Assembly (NCBI GenBank): GCA_963707215.1
Contig: CAVPPB010000003.1
Coordinates: 1,184,001 to 1,248,000, forward strand
Origin: an uncultured Chloroflexia bacterium
Lineage (GTDB): Bacteria > Chloroflexota > Limnocylindria > Limnocylindrales > CSP1-4
Direction of reading: 5' to 3'
DNA length: 64,000 bases
In this document: positions 9,352 through 19,915 of the stretch, piece after piece
Layout of the letters: each line of letters opens with the position of its first letter
Numbering within the stretch: position 1 is the stretch's first letter
Position numbers and translations under genes: made by a program
Notes under the pieces: generated by a model
What the model was told of the DNA's origin: nothing
The model's input: the letters and a program-made list of their open reading frames with translations, nothing else
Database searches by the model: none

Positions 9352-10671
9352 CTACAGCGCCGCGGCGCCTTGACGACGCCGGATCGCACGGGCCATCACG
9401 GCAGCAGCCAGGCCGAGGATGAGCGCCCCGACGAGGAACGGGCTGGCAACGCTACCGATCGTCGCCACGGCCGCCCCGCTGGCCGGTCCGACGATCCCGG
9501 CCGCGTAGAGCGGCAGATAGACGAGGTTCAGGGTCGATGAGCGCCGCTCGGGCGGGACCTCGGTGGCAAGCAGGGCGAAGACCATCGGGCCCACGACGCC
9601 GCTGAACGCCGTGAAGGTGAGCGCCGCGGCGGCGAGGAGGATCACCGTCGGCGACAGCGGCGTCAGGGCGAGCGCCACCGACGCGCCGGTCAGGCCGACC
9701 AGCAGGACCGGACGGAAGCCCACCCGGTCCCCGGCGACGCCGCCGAGCGGGGCCGCCAGCGCGCCGACGAGCGCCGCTGCACCGCTCACGAGGCCGATGG
9801 CGGCCGCCAGCCCGGGGCCCAGCCCGACGATCCCCTCCACGAGGATCGGCACGTACGGCCGGGTCATCTGGACGGCCAGGAAGCTGACGAAGAAGACGGC
9901 GAAGACCCGGCGCACCGAGGGATCGCCCAGGACGCCCCGCACGGACGCGAGGGCGAGGGCGACGACCCGGCCCTCGAGGACCACCTCCGGTCGGACCTCG
10001 CGGGTCAGCATCACCAGGACGGCCGTCGTGAGCGAGGCGGCCGCCGAGACGAGGAACACCGCCGTCAGCGAGACGCCGAGACCATCGACGAGGAGGCCCC
10101 CCAGGATCGGGCCGACCGCGAAGCCGATCGGGGTGGCCGCGCCGAAGAGCCCGACCGCCGTGCCGAGCCGCCGGCGGGGCACGACGTCGCGGACAGCCGC
10201 CAGCATGACCCCGGTGTTCCCGAGCTGGAGGCCGACGAGGAGGAGGCTGACGGCGACCTGCCAGGGCTCGACGCTGAGGGCGACCCCGATGAACACGACC
10301 GCTTCCACGACGGCGCTGCGGGCGATGACGACCCGGCGGCTGTAGCGGTCGGCCCAGACCCCCCAGAGCGGGACGAGGGGCGCCCCGACGAGGAACATCA
10401 GCGAGCTGAAGACGCCGACGAAGGTCAGCCGATCGTCGAGGCCGACCCCCAGCTCCGCCAGGTAGGCGGGCAGGAAGGCGAAGATCTGGCTGACGCCGGC
10501 CGCCTCCACGAGCTGGGTGATCCAGAAGACGGCCAGGATCGTCCGCCAGTCGGAGCGGCCGTGGTCCGGGTGGCGGGGGTGAGGACCGGTGCCGGGGTCG
10601 TGCGGACCGGTGCCCCCGGTGCGCGGGTCCGTGCCACCGGGACGGTCGTCAGCGGGTCGGGGTTCGGTCAC
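9352..10671 (-). CDS. MFS transporter (DHA1-like, 12 TM)
   Basis: GVWADRYSRR and GDRVGFR motifs; TACGCT 6 nt before GTG 10671. Confidence 0.87.
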   Translation of the reverse strand: MTEPRPADDRPGGTDPRTGGTGPHDPGTGPHPRHPDHGRSDWRTILAVFWITQLVEAAGVSQIFAFLPAYLAELGVGLDDRLTFVGVFSSLMFLVGAPLVPLWGVWADRYSRRVVIARSAVVEAVVFIGVALSVEPWQVAVSLLLVGLQLGNTGVMLAAVRDVVPRRRLGTAVGLFGAATPIGFAVGPILGGLLVDGLGVSLTAVFLVSAAASLTTAVLVMLTREVRPEVVLEGRVVALALASVRGVLGDPSVRRVFAVFFVSFLAVQMTRPYVPILVEGIVGLGPGLAAAIGLVSGAAALVGALAAPLGGVAGDRVGFRPVLLVGLTGASVALALTPLSPTVILLAAAALTFTAFSGVVGPMVFALLATEVPPERRSSTLNLVYLPLYAAGIVGPASGAAVATIGSVASPFLVGALILGLAAAVMARAIRRRQGAAAL

Positions 10672-10752
10672 GCGGGCAGCGTAGGTCGTCGGCGGGGCGC
10701 GCGTGGGTCGGTCGGCAGTTGCGCGGAGCCGGCGAGTGGAGCGGGCGGTTGC

Positions 10753-10959
10753 GCCGGCTCGGGCGGGTGTGCCGGCTCGAGCGGGTGTGCCGGCTCGAGC
10801 CTTCTCGCGTACCAGCGGGGCTGGTGCGATCACGGCCGTTCCTGTCGCGTACCAGTCAGGCTGGTGCGATCGAGGGATCGAGGGTCACCCCGAGCGTGCG
10901 GGCGATCCCCGAGACGGCCCGGTCAGCGTCGATCGATGGATAGCACCAGTGGAGCTGGT
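10753..10959. repeat. Intergenic repeats: 18-bp tandem (about 2.7 copies) plus three ACCAG-N5-CTGGT palindromes
   Basis: GCCGGCTCGRGCGGGTGT at 10753, 10771 and 10789 (partial). TCGCGTACCAG-N5-CTGGTGCGATC at 10805 and 10845; third core at 10945. Confidence 0.7.
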
Positions 10960-11011
10960 AGGGGCGAGAAGGCGGCGCCGGGGACCGGAGGGCGTGAATG
11001 GGCGCGGGTCG

Positions 11012-12467
11012 TCAGCCGGCGGCGTCGCGGGTCGCCGAGAAGACCGCCAGCGCCCTGGCCCGGGCGGCCGCGTGATCGACGATCGGCGCCGGGTAGTCGA
11101 CGCCGATCCGGCAGCCGGCCGCCGCCTGTTCGGCCGGCGACATCGTCGAGGGCTCGTGGAGTCGCTTCGGCGGGACCCGGGCCAGCTCCGGCACCCAGCG
11201 GCGGACGTAGGCGCCCTCCGGGTCGAACCGCCTCCCCTGCGTCGTCGGGTTGAAGATCCGGAAGTAGGGCTGTGGGTCGGTCCCGGTCGAGGCGGCCCAT
11301 TGCCAGCCGCCGTCGTTCGAGGCGACGTCCCCGTCGACGAGGTGCTCCATGAAGTGGCGCTCGCCCGCCCGCCAGTCCACGAGCAGGTCCTTGGCCAGGA
11401 AGCTTGCCGCGATCATCCGGGCCCGGTTGTGCATCCAGCCCGTGGCCCGCAGCTGCCGCATCGCAGCATCCACGACCGGGCACTCCCGTGCGGCCCTCCC
11501 GCCAGGCGGCGACACCGTCCGGGTCGTCACGCCAGGGGAGGTCGCGGTAGCGCCCGTCGAACGGCTCGCGGAGGACGCGCGGCTCGTGCCACAGGACGTG
11601 GGCGTAGAACTCGCGCCAGGCCAGCTCCGAGGCGAAGACCCGCGGCCCGTCGCCATCCCGGGCGGCCCGCACCAGGACCTCGGTCGGCGAGAGCGTCCCC
11701 CAGCGGAGGTCGGCCGAGAGCCGGGAGGTCCCATCCACGCCGAGCAGGTCCCGGCGCTCGGCGTAGCCGTCGAGCCGCTCGTCGCCGGGCACGATCCAGC
11801 GCTCGAGACGACGGCGCGCGGCGGTCTCGCCCGGTTCGGGCAGGAGGGTCGGGTCGGCGGTGCGGCGTGACCCCGAGCTCGGCCCGGTCGGCACGACACC
11901 GGGATCGAGCGCACGTCCGTCGACACCGGCTTCCGGGAACGGGATACGGTCCGGAGCGACCAGTGGATCGCGGACCGGGAGCCGCTCCCAGGCCCGCCGG
12001 AACGGCGAGAAGACCGTGTAGCGGCCACCCGCCGCAGTGACCACGTCGTCCGGCTCGTGGACCAGGTTGCCGCGCTTCGCGTGGAGGTACGCGCCGACGG
12101 CCTCCAGCGCCTCGGCGACCGCCCGGTCGCGGGCCCTCCCGTACGGCGCGTGGTCGCGCGAGACGTAGACGTCGGTCGAGCCGATCTCCCGCACCAGCTC
12201 GGGGAGGACGCTCGCGGGCCGCCCCCGCCGCACGAGGAGCCGCCCGCCGCGCGCCTCCAGCGTCAGCGCCAGGTCGGCCAGCGCCCCGAGCATCCACCAG
12301 ACACGGTTCCGCCCCGGCCAGCGCCCACCCAGCAGGGCATCGTCGATGACGAACAGCGGCACGACCGACCGGTGCCCGGCCAGGGCTGCGGTCAGGGCGG
12401 GCTGGTCGTGGAGGCGGAGGTCGCGCCGGAACCAGACGATCGCCGGACGGTCGGACGGAGCTGTCAT
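11012..12467 (-). CDS. phrB: Deoxyribodipyrimidine photolyase (class I CPD); one frameshift near 11480
   Basis: [24 protein letters not shown] in one frame; [40 protein letters not shown] in another. One extra base in a CCCGG run joins them. Confidence 0.9.
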
Positions 12468-12522
12468 CGCCCCATCTTCGCGCGTCGGGCGCGGGCGGAC
12501 GGCTCGGCGCATCATCCGGTCC

Positions 12523-13098
12523 ATGCCGGTCACTCCCGAACCGCCCGCTCCACCGCCCGGGATCGACCTGCCCGAGCCGTGCCTCGTCCTGTTGATCGGG
12601 CCGGCCGGGTCCGGCAAGTCGAGCTTCGCGGCCCGGCACTTCGAACCGGACGAGATCGTCAGCTCGGATGAGCTCCGCGAGGCGATCGCCGGCGACGCAG
12701 CCGACCAGACCCGGAACCGCGCGGTCTTCGGCGCCGCCCATCGGGCTGTTGCTCATCGTCTCGCCCGGGGCCTGACGACCGTCGTCGACGCGACCAACCT
12801 GGAACGATCGGCGCGCCGGCCGCTCCTGGGCCTGGCCGTCTACCACGGGCTGCCGGCCATCGCGATCGTCTTCGACGTCGGGCCGGCCGAGGCGATCGCC
12901 CGTGACCGTCGTCGGCGTGGCAGGACGGTCGGACCGGACGTCATCGCCCGCCAGGACGAGCGGCTACGCTGGCTGCTGGCTTCGGGCCGCCTGGCCGACG
13001 AGGACCTCGCAGCGGTCCACCGACTCGCGGGCGTCGACGCGGTCGATCGTGCGGTCGTCCGCCGCGGCGACCGCGGGACGCGGGGCGGGCGGGGCTGA
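12523..13098 (+). CDS. P-loop kinase (AAA_33; polynucleotide-kinase-like kinase domain)
   Basis: LIGPAGSGKS, SSDELR, VVDATNL; no phosphatase or ligase domain. Confidence 0.8.
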   Translation: MPVTPEPPAPPPGIDLPEPCLVLLIGPAGSGKSSFAARHFEPDEIVSSDELREAIAGDAADQTRNRAVFGAAHRAVAHRLARGLTTVVDATNLERSARRPLLGLAVYHGLPAIAIVFDVGPAEAIARDRRRRGRTVGPDVIARQDERLRWLLASGRLADEDLAAVHRLAGVDAVDRAVVRRGDRGTRGGRG

Positions 13099-13115
13099 GG
13101 TCGACCCGCTCGTCG

Positions 13116-13442
13116 TCAGGCGCCCGGCAGCTCGGCCGGGCGGACGACCCGCCCGAACGGACGAGCCCGCAGCTCGACCCAGACCCCTTCACGCAGGTAG
13201 ACGTCCTGGCGGCAGATCTCCAGGGCGGCCGCCTCGTCCGCGGCACGGATCAGCAGGATCGAGGCCGACAGATCGACGAACGCGCCCGCCTCGATGATCG
13301 CCCCCTCGTCGCGGAGCGCGGCGACCCGGGCCAGGTGGATGGGCCGGTGGGGCGGCCTCGTCTCGGCGGCGTCGGGCGCATAGGTCGCCTCGACGAGCCA
13401 GACCGTCTCGACGGCGACGTCGGCGGGAACCTCGGACGACAT
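13116..13442 (-). CDS. YciI family protein
   Basis: RPPHRPIHL, EAGAF, DVYLREGVW pattern; SD AAGGAG. Confidence 0.8.
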   Translation of the reverse strand: MSSEVPADVAVETVWLVEATYAPDAAETRPPHRPIHLARVAALRDEGAIIEAGAFVDLSASILLIRAADEAAALEICRQDVYLREGVWVELRARPFGRVVRPAELPGA

Positions 13443-13505
13443 GGGCGACTCCTTTCTGGCGCCGGCGCGGCGCCCGGTCCGTCCCGGGTGGCCCGGGTCG
13501 GCTCG

Positions 13506-14378
13506 CTAGGGACCGGCGGCCTGCCCGCCGGCGATGAGGGCGATGGCGAGGACGGCAGCCGCGATCCCGCCGACGTGGGTCCGGGTCAGGCGCTCGCGGA
13601 GGATCGCCACGGCCAGGATGACGGTGACGACGGGGTACATCGACGAGAGGATCACGGCGACCGCCAGGGCGCCGACCTGGGTGGCCAGGATGAAGAGCGC
13701 GTTGCCGGCCATGTCGAGGGCTGCGACGAGCACGGCCGGACCGATCGCGGGCCGGGGGACGCGCCACGGTCGCCGCCCCACCAGGACGATGGCGATGGCG
13801 ATGGGGATGGCGACGAGGCGGAGAGCGGCCAGGGGCCAGAGGACCTCGCCGTCGGGGAGCTGCGAGATGAGGACGTTGAAGCCGGCGATGCCGAGCCCGG
13901 CCGCGACGCCGAACTCGATCCCGGAGCGCCCGCCGGCCGGTCCCGGGATCCGCGACACGAGGATGACGGCGGTGATCCCGAGGCCGATGCCGACGAGGAC
14001 GACCGGCTGGGGCAGTCCCTCGAGGGCCACCCCGGCGACGACCGGGATGGCGGCGCCGAGGACCCCGGCGACCGGCGCGACGACGCCCATCCGACCGACC
14101 GCGAGCCCCTGGTACAGGGCCAGGATGCCGAGGATCCCGCTCAGGCCGGCGGCGACCCCGAAGGCCAGCCCGGTCGGGCTGGGCAGGCGCTCGCCGAGGA
14201 CGAGAGCGAGACCCGCGGCGATGACCGCGCCGACGACCTCCACGATCAGGACGACGCCGAGGACCGGGGCCCGCCGCGTGGTCGTGCCGCCGCCGAAATC
14301 GCCGCAGCCCCAGGCGACCGCCGAGAGAAGACCGAAGACGACGGTGGCCGCCTCCGGGCCGATGCCCGGCAGGATCAG
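13506..14378 (-). CDS. DMT/EamA family transporter (probable CTG start)
   Basis: In-frame upstream extension encodes FGLLSAVAWGCGDFGGG; LYQGLAVGRMGVVAP, LSSMYPVVTV..LRERL. No ATG/GTG/TTG upstream of 14243, but CTG 14378 overlaps the previous TGA. Confidence 0.8.
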   Translation of the reverse strand: MILPGIGPEAATVVFGLLSAVAWGCGDFGGGTTTRRAPVLGVVLIVEVVGAVIAAGLALVLGERLPSPTGLAFGVAAGLSGILGILALYQGLAVGRMGVVAPVAGVLGAAIPVVAGVALEGLPQPVVLVGIGLGITAVILVSRIPGPAGGRSGIEFGVAAGLGIAGFNVLISQLPDGEVLWPLAALRLVAIPIAIAIVLVGRRPWRVPRPAIGPAVLVAALDMAGNALFILATQVGALAVAVILSSMYPVVTVILAVAILRERLTRTHVGGIAAAVLAIALIAGGQAAGP

Positions 14379-16591
14379 CCTGCCGGCGCGGGTCCGGCTG
14401 CCGGACCTGCCGCGGCGAGATCGGCGTCGACCGGCGCGGACTCGTCGGCGGCCGTGGGAGCCGGCAGCTCGACGACCTCGTCGGCGAACGCGTCGTAGCG
14501 ATCGGACGTCGTCAGGTAGATGACCTGGAAGTCGGCGGCCAGGTCGCGGAGGGCCTCGATGGCCCGGGCCGCCCGGGCGTCATCCAGGGTCACGAAGGGA
14601 TCGTCGAAGATGAGCGGCGGCCGCCGTCCGCCGGTGACCAGCCGGACCAGCCCGAGGCGGGCGGTCAGGTAGACGAGGTCGAGGGTGCCCTGGCTGAGCT
14701 GGCTCACCGGGACCCAGTCGCCCCGCTCCGGAGCCCACAGCGCCATGTCGAGACTGGTGTCGTCGATGCGGAGCCGCCGGTAACGGCCTCCGGTGATCCG
14801 GCCGAGATCGACGACCATCCGCTTCTCGAGATAGCGGGTGGCCGTTCGCATCGTGGCGGCCTCGGCCTCCTCGATGGCCTTGAGGGTCGCCACGTAGACA
14901 CGGCTGCGCCGCTGCAGGGCGGCGAGCTGCTCGCGCCAGGACGCCAACTGCTCCGGCCGGGCGGCCACCTGCTCGGCGTCGACGGCGTTGGCCTCGACAC
15001 GGGCCCGGGCGCCGGCCTCGTCGTCGCGGGCTCGCTCCAGCGCCGCCTCCTGATCACGGACCTCGACCTCGAGGCGCTCGCGGGCTCGCGGCTCGCGAGC
15101 GATCGGCCCGAGCTCCTCGAGGGCGTGGGTCTTGCGCTCGACTTCGAGGGCGGCTGCGTCCCGCTGCGGGGCAGGCGTCTCGGCGGGCTCCTTGCCGACG
15201 AGACCCTCGAGCTGGCCGGTGAGCCGATCGATCCGGCCGACGTGCTCCTCCTCGGCGGTCAGCACGCCTCGGCGGCCGCCAGGTCGGATGCGGCGATCGT
15301 GCCCAGGCGCTGCCCGGTCTCCTCCTCGGCGGCGCGGAGCTCGGCTTCCATCTCGGAGCGGCCACGGAGCCGGCGGTCGATCTCGACGTCGCGGAGCTGG
15401 CGGGACAGCGGTCGCGGCGCCGCAGCCAGAGGCCGACGGCGGCGAGGACCACCCCGATGGCGGCCAGCGCCGCCCCGCCGTAGGTCGGCAGATCGGCCAG
15501 GACGCCGACCTCGAACGACCGCGCGACGAGCCCTCCGACGACGGCGACGATCAGGCCGAGGACGACGGCCACCAGGGCCACCCGCGACAGCGGGCGCCAG
15601 GTCGGCTCGGGAGGGACCTCGAACGGACCGCGACCTCCCCGGCGAGGGCCGCCTTCAGCTCGCGCATCTGACCGTCGAGGGCCCGCAGGCGCTCCACGGC
15701 CGGGCGCAGGACCGGCAGCGGCGTGGCCGACGGGTGGCTGGCGCTGAGCTGGTCGAGCTCGGCGTTGACGTCGACCCCCTGCCGGTAGCGCTGGTAGCGC
15801 TCCTCGGCGGCGGTCCGATCGGCGGTCAGGCGCTCTGCCTGGCGGGCCTTCTCGAGCATCGCCCGGCGCTCGGTCAGGGCGGCCTCGGACTCGGTACGGC
15901 GACCCGGGCGACGGACAGGGCATCGCGGTCCCGCTCGAGCTGCCCGAGGGCGGTCTCGCCGGCCTCGACCGCAGCGGTCGCCCGCTGGCACGGCCTCCTC
16001 GGCGACCTTCAGCCGCCCGGGATTCTTCTCACCCCGGCTCCGGAGATCCTGATGGCCCTGTCGAGCTGCTTCTTGGCCCGCGAGGTCCCCCGATCGGCAC
16101 CGCTGATCGAGGCCTGGAGCCGGTCGCGCAGGTTGGCCTCGTCGCGGTCGAGGTCGGCCACCTCGTGATGGCGGATCGAGGCCGTCGACCGGAAGAACGC
16201 CTCGGTCGGCACCCCGGTCAGCTCGGCCAGGCGCTCGTCGACCCGGGCCGGGTCGGTCACGACCTCCTCGTCGACGACGAGGCGTGCCGGTCCCGTGAGG
16301 TCCCCGGTACGACTTCAGCAGGCTGCCCGCGCGGACCCCGTCCTCGTCCTCGTCGGTGAAGTCCAGCTCGATCTCGGGACGGGCGTCGTCCTCGGCATCC
16401 CAGGACCGCATCGCCTCGAGATCGGCGCTGGCGCTCGTCGCCTTGCGGGTGAGGGCGAGCTCGATGGCCCGCTGCATCGTCGTCTTGCCAGCCTCGTTGG
16501 GGCCCCGCACGATCGTCAGCCCTGGGGCCAGCTCCACGTCGAGGTCTCGATAGCGCCGGACGTCACGGAGCGCCAGGCGGGTGATCCTCAC
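14375..16591 (-). CDS. Rad50/SbcC-like (YhaN type) SMC-family ATPase; several frameshifts
   Basis: N-terminal GPNEAGKTT Walker A, coiled coils, central hydrophobic hairpin, C-terminal LSQG signature and LIFDDPF Walker B, spread over several frames. Confidence 0.85.
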
Positions 16592-17753
16592 AGCGTCACC
16601 TCGTGGCCGCCCAGGAGGAGGCGTCCCAGCCTGCAGGGAGTCCCGGAGCTCGGCGGCCTCGTCGGCCTGCTCGGCGGCCTCCAGCTCGGCGATGCGACCC
16701 TCGAGGTCGCGGATGAAGGCCCCGGCGATGGTGTCCGGCGGCGGCAGCAGGCCCTCGGTCAGTGGTGGGATGGAACGGTCCCGGACCCGGAGCCGGAAGA
16801 AGCCGTCCCGGGCCTCCCGCTGGACCTCGTCGACATCGAGATCGAGCGTCGTCGGGACGGAGACCGGTCAGCCGGACGTCGAGGACGAGATCGGGGTCGG
16901 CCCGGCCGCGATTCGCTCGACGAGCGCTGGCTGGCTGCCGAGCCGTCGCGGCATCGACCTCGAGGAGCTCGAAGCGGGTGCGCCCGACCGTTCGCTCTTC
17001 GAGGCGACCGGCTTCTGGCCGCCCTGCGGTCGAGGGTCACGAGCAGGGCCCGGCCGGCGGCGTCCTGGTCGATCGCGACCGGCTCCGGCGCGCCGCTGTA
17101 GGCGTAGGTCATCGAGCCCGGCGCCGCCCTTCTGGGTGGAATGCCAGTGCCCGAGCGCGAGGTAGTCGAGACCGCTGGCGGCGATCTCCTCGGTGGTGAT
17201 GAGCACCTCGTCACGCTCGACGACGCCGGAGATGGCGATCGCGCCGTGGACCAGGCCGATCTTCCAGGTAGCCCGTTCGTCGGCTCCGGCGTCGAGGCCC
17301 TCGAGCGGACTTGGGGCGCCCGCTTGGTCTCGAACACGCGCCCGAACACGATCACGTCGAGGGTGGGCAGATGGACGTCCGGACGATCCGGCGTGAGCAG
17401 CGTCACCCAATCGTCGTCGGGGGTCGAGCCGGCGAGCGCCGGCAGATCGTGGGCTCGATAGATCGAGGCACGGTCGTAGACGTCGTGGGTGCCGGGGATC
17501 AGCACGGTACGGATCTTCGCCTCGACGAGCCGCGCAGCTCGGCGGCGACGCGGTCGACCGATCGGCGCGGCTGGATGTTCGAGTCGAACAGATCGCCGGC
17601 GATGAGGACGAGGTCGACCTTCTCGGCGAGGGCCAGGTCGATGGCGCCGCGAAACGCCGCAAAGCGCCGTTCACGGAGGGCCGCGGCGCCGTCGCCGAGG
17701 TCGGTGTGCCGGGCGCCGAGATGGACATCGGCGGTGTGCAGCAGTCGGAGCAG
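16588..17753 (-). CDS. Mre11/SbcD-like DNA repair metallophosphoesterase; several frameshifts, start uncertain
   Basis: LLHTADVHLG, LIAGDLFDS, IPGTHD, LVHG, DYLALGHWH, AYSGAPEP motifs across frames; stop overlaps the ATPase GTG. Confidence 0.85.
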
Positions 17754-18137
17754 CTCGGTCTTTGGCTCCTCCGACCGGTGGCCGTCCCGGCGCGGGACGT
17801 GGGCGAGGTTCGCCCAGAACCGGGTCCGTCCGATTGTGACAGGTTCGGGCGGCCGGTCGCCATGCGGACTCGGCGTGTCGAGATGGGGCGTCCGGACCTT
17901 CATCGGGCCGACCCGGGCATCCACCGGGCCGCTCGCCCGGCAGGCTGTGATTGACGGCCCGTTGGTCCGATCAGTGCTAACCTCAGGGCCACATAGCAAC
18001 CGGTGCGCCCCGCTCGGGACCTCATCGGCACCTGGACGCGCGGCGCCCGGCTCCTGCCTCCGACCGATCGCGCGTCCCCGGCCGAGCCCGAGGAGGCCAC
18101 CGGAGGACACAACCAGCGCCCTGGAGGCCAAGCTCCC

Positions 18138-18476
18138 GTGACCTACGTCGATCGGACCCTGACATGCGTCGACTGCGGCGTCGAGTTCATCCACTCGGCC
18201 GCCGATCAGGAGTTCTACGTGCAGAAGGGATTCTCCTCGGACCCGAAGCGCTGCACGAGCTGTCGAGCCAGCCGGCGCGCGGCCCGCGATGGCGGCTACG
18301 ACGCTCGCGACATCGGCGGCCCGCGCGGCTACGAGCGGGGCGACGACCGCCCTGTCCGCGAGTACTTTGCGGTCATCTGCACCAGCTGCGGCAACCAGGC
18401 CCAGGTGCCCTTCAAGCCGCGCATGGACCGGCCGGTCTACTGCTCCGACTGCTTCCGCACGGTCCATCCGGACTGA
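18138..18476 (+). CDS. Zinc-ribbon protein with CxxC-x17-CxxC domains
   Basis: DRTLTCVDCG..F..DQEFY..KGF..PKRCTSC and VICTSCG..VPFKP...PVYCSDCF; SD GGAGG. Confidence 0.9.
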   Translation: MTYVDRTLTCVDCGVEFIHSAADQEFYVQKGFSSDPKRCTSCRASRRAARDGGYDARDIGGPRGYERGDDRPVREYFAVICTSCGNQAQVPFKPRMDRPVYCSDCFRTVHPD

Positions 18477-18507
18477 CGCACCAGCCCGCGCTCGCGGCAT
18501 CGTCGAC

Positions 18508-18540
18508 GCCCCGGGTGAACGCCCGGGGCTCGTACTTCTC
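18508..18540 (+). terminator. Possible terminator hairpin
   Basis: GCCCCGGGT-GAAC-GCCCGGGGC stem-loop followed by a weak pyrimidine tract. Confidence 0.5.
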
Positions 18541-19076
18541 CGGGGCTCGGATGGGTCGCGGCCGGGCGGGACCGCGTCGGGCGACGGTGCGGTCGGGTCG
18601 CCGCCGCGGTCGGTACCGATCGCACGGCGGACGCAAACCAGCCGGTCCGGTCGTCCACCTGAGCGGGATCGCCCAGGGCCCGGCCGATCCTCTGCGACGA
18701 GCCGATCCGGTGCCGGCCGACTCGACTCGCTGATCCCATGATACCGCCCGGGAGCCGCCTAGGTTCGGTCCGGGCCCGAGCGGCTCCCGGACGCCAGGCC
18801 GGATCGGGCGCGCACGGACGAGCGGGACCCCGACGAAATCACGGCCGGGGCCCCGCAGGAGGAGAGGAGAGCGGACCGGACCGGCCGGCCCGCTGGGAGC
18901 GTGGAGCGAGTGGATCGTCGCCCCGGGACGTCATCGCAGCGTCGACGGCGGGTGAACGATCGATCAACGTGCAGGGGCAGCGTCGATTCCGCGCCGGTCT
19001 CCGCACCCTCACCGTGCCCGCTGACCGGGTCCCGACCGCGGCCGGCGATCGGGTAGGACCGGCCAGAACCGGAGGG

Positions 19077-19781
19077 TCAGGATCGGAAGCTGTCGCCGGC
19101 CCGCAGCCGCTCCCGGTGCCGGCCGCGCCAGACGGTGACACGCCCGAGGCCGTGGACCTGCCAGGCGCCATCGCGGCCGACGAGGGCGGTGTCCTCGTCG
19201 ATCCCGAGGACGGTCACGCCGCGGGGCGCCCCGATGGCCAGGACCGCCGCGAACGCCTCGGGGATCCGGTCGTAATGCGGGATGACCGCCAGGCCCGGCG
19301 CCTCCTGGAGTGCATCCTCCCAGCGGAAGGGCAGGATCGCTCGACCCCGGATCCGGATCTGCCGGCCGGCGAGGACCATCGCGCCCGCGGAGCAGCCGGC
19401 CAGGACGGCGCCGCGACGGTTGGCCGCCCGGGCCGCCGCCCAGACCGGCGTCCCGGCCAGCGCCCGGAGCAGGTGCCCGGACCTACCGCCGGACAGATAG
19501 ACGAGGTCGGCCTCCCCGACCGCCTGGGCATAGGCCGGGTCATGGGCGTCGGTCGAGTCCCGGATCATGACCGCCTCGACTTCCGCACCAAGCGACCGGA
19601 AGTGGGCCTCACCCATCGCCGCCCAGCGACGGAAGACGTCCTCGCCGTCGGGGAACGATGCCGTGGGCAGCACGACGACGCGCGGTCGGCGAGCACCGGT
19701 CGCGTCGAGCAGCAGCCGATCGATATCGGCCATGACGGGAAGGAACTCGCCGGCGCCGATGAGCGCCACAGGCCCGGACAC
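19077..19781 (-). CDS. Peptidase S51 / cyanophycinase-like (type 1 glutamine amidotransferase-like fold)
   Basis: LIGAGEF, LPTAS, YLSGG, GCSAGAM, PHYD, GIDEDTAL. Confidence 0.85.
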   Translation of the reverse strand: MSGPVALIGAGEFLPVMADIDRLLLDATGARRPRVVVLPTASFPDGEDVFRRWAAMGEAHFRSLGAEVEAVMIRDSTDAHDPAYAQAVGEADLVYLSGGRSGHLLRALAGTPVWAAARAANRRGAVLAGCSAGAMVLAGRQIRIRGRAILPFRWEDALQEAPGLAVIPHYDRIPEAFAAVLAIGAPRGVTVLGIDEDTALVGRDGAWQVHGLGRVTVWRGRHRERLRAGDSFRS

Positions 19782-19915
19782 GTCGGCGAGTCTAGCGACA
19801 ACTGCCCGAAGCGGCTGTGGAAGAAGGTTTGTCAGGCCCGCCGGCCATCGGCGACACTGACCGACCCGGTCCGTGCGTCCCCGGCGCCAGGCTCCGGGTG
19901 ACTCGGGAGGTGACC

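Noticed and set aside
10805-10871. Two palindromic 27-bp repeats as a mini-CRISPR
   Set aside because: Only two copies, a 13-bp gap, variable centres and no cas genes.
11012-17753. Calling photolyase and the Mre11/Rad50-like genes pseudogenes or programmed frameshifts
   Set aside because: Indels sit in GC runs with catalytic motifs intact and no slippery heptamers seen; sequencing error is more parsimonious.
17951-17983. TTGACG/TAACCT as a canonical -35/-10 pair for the zinc-ribbon gene
   Set aside because: Spacing is 21 nt; at best an extended -10 (TGcTAACCT), so it is not listed as a feature.
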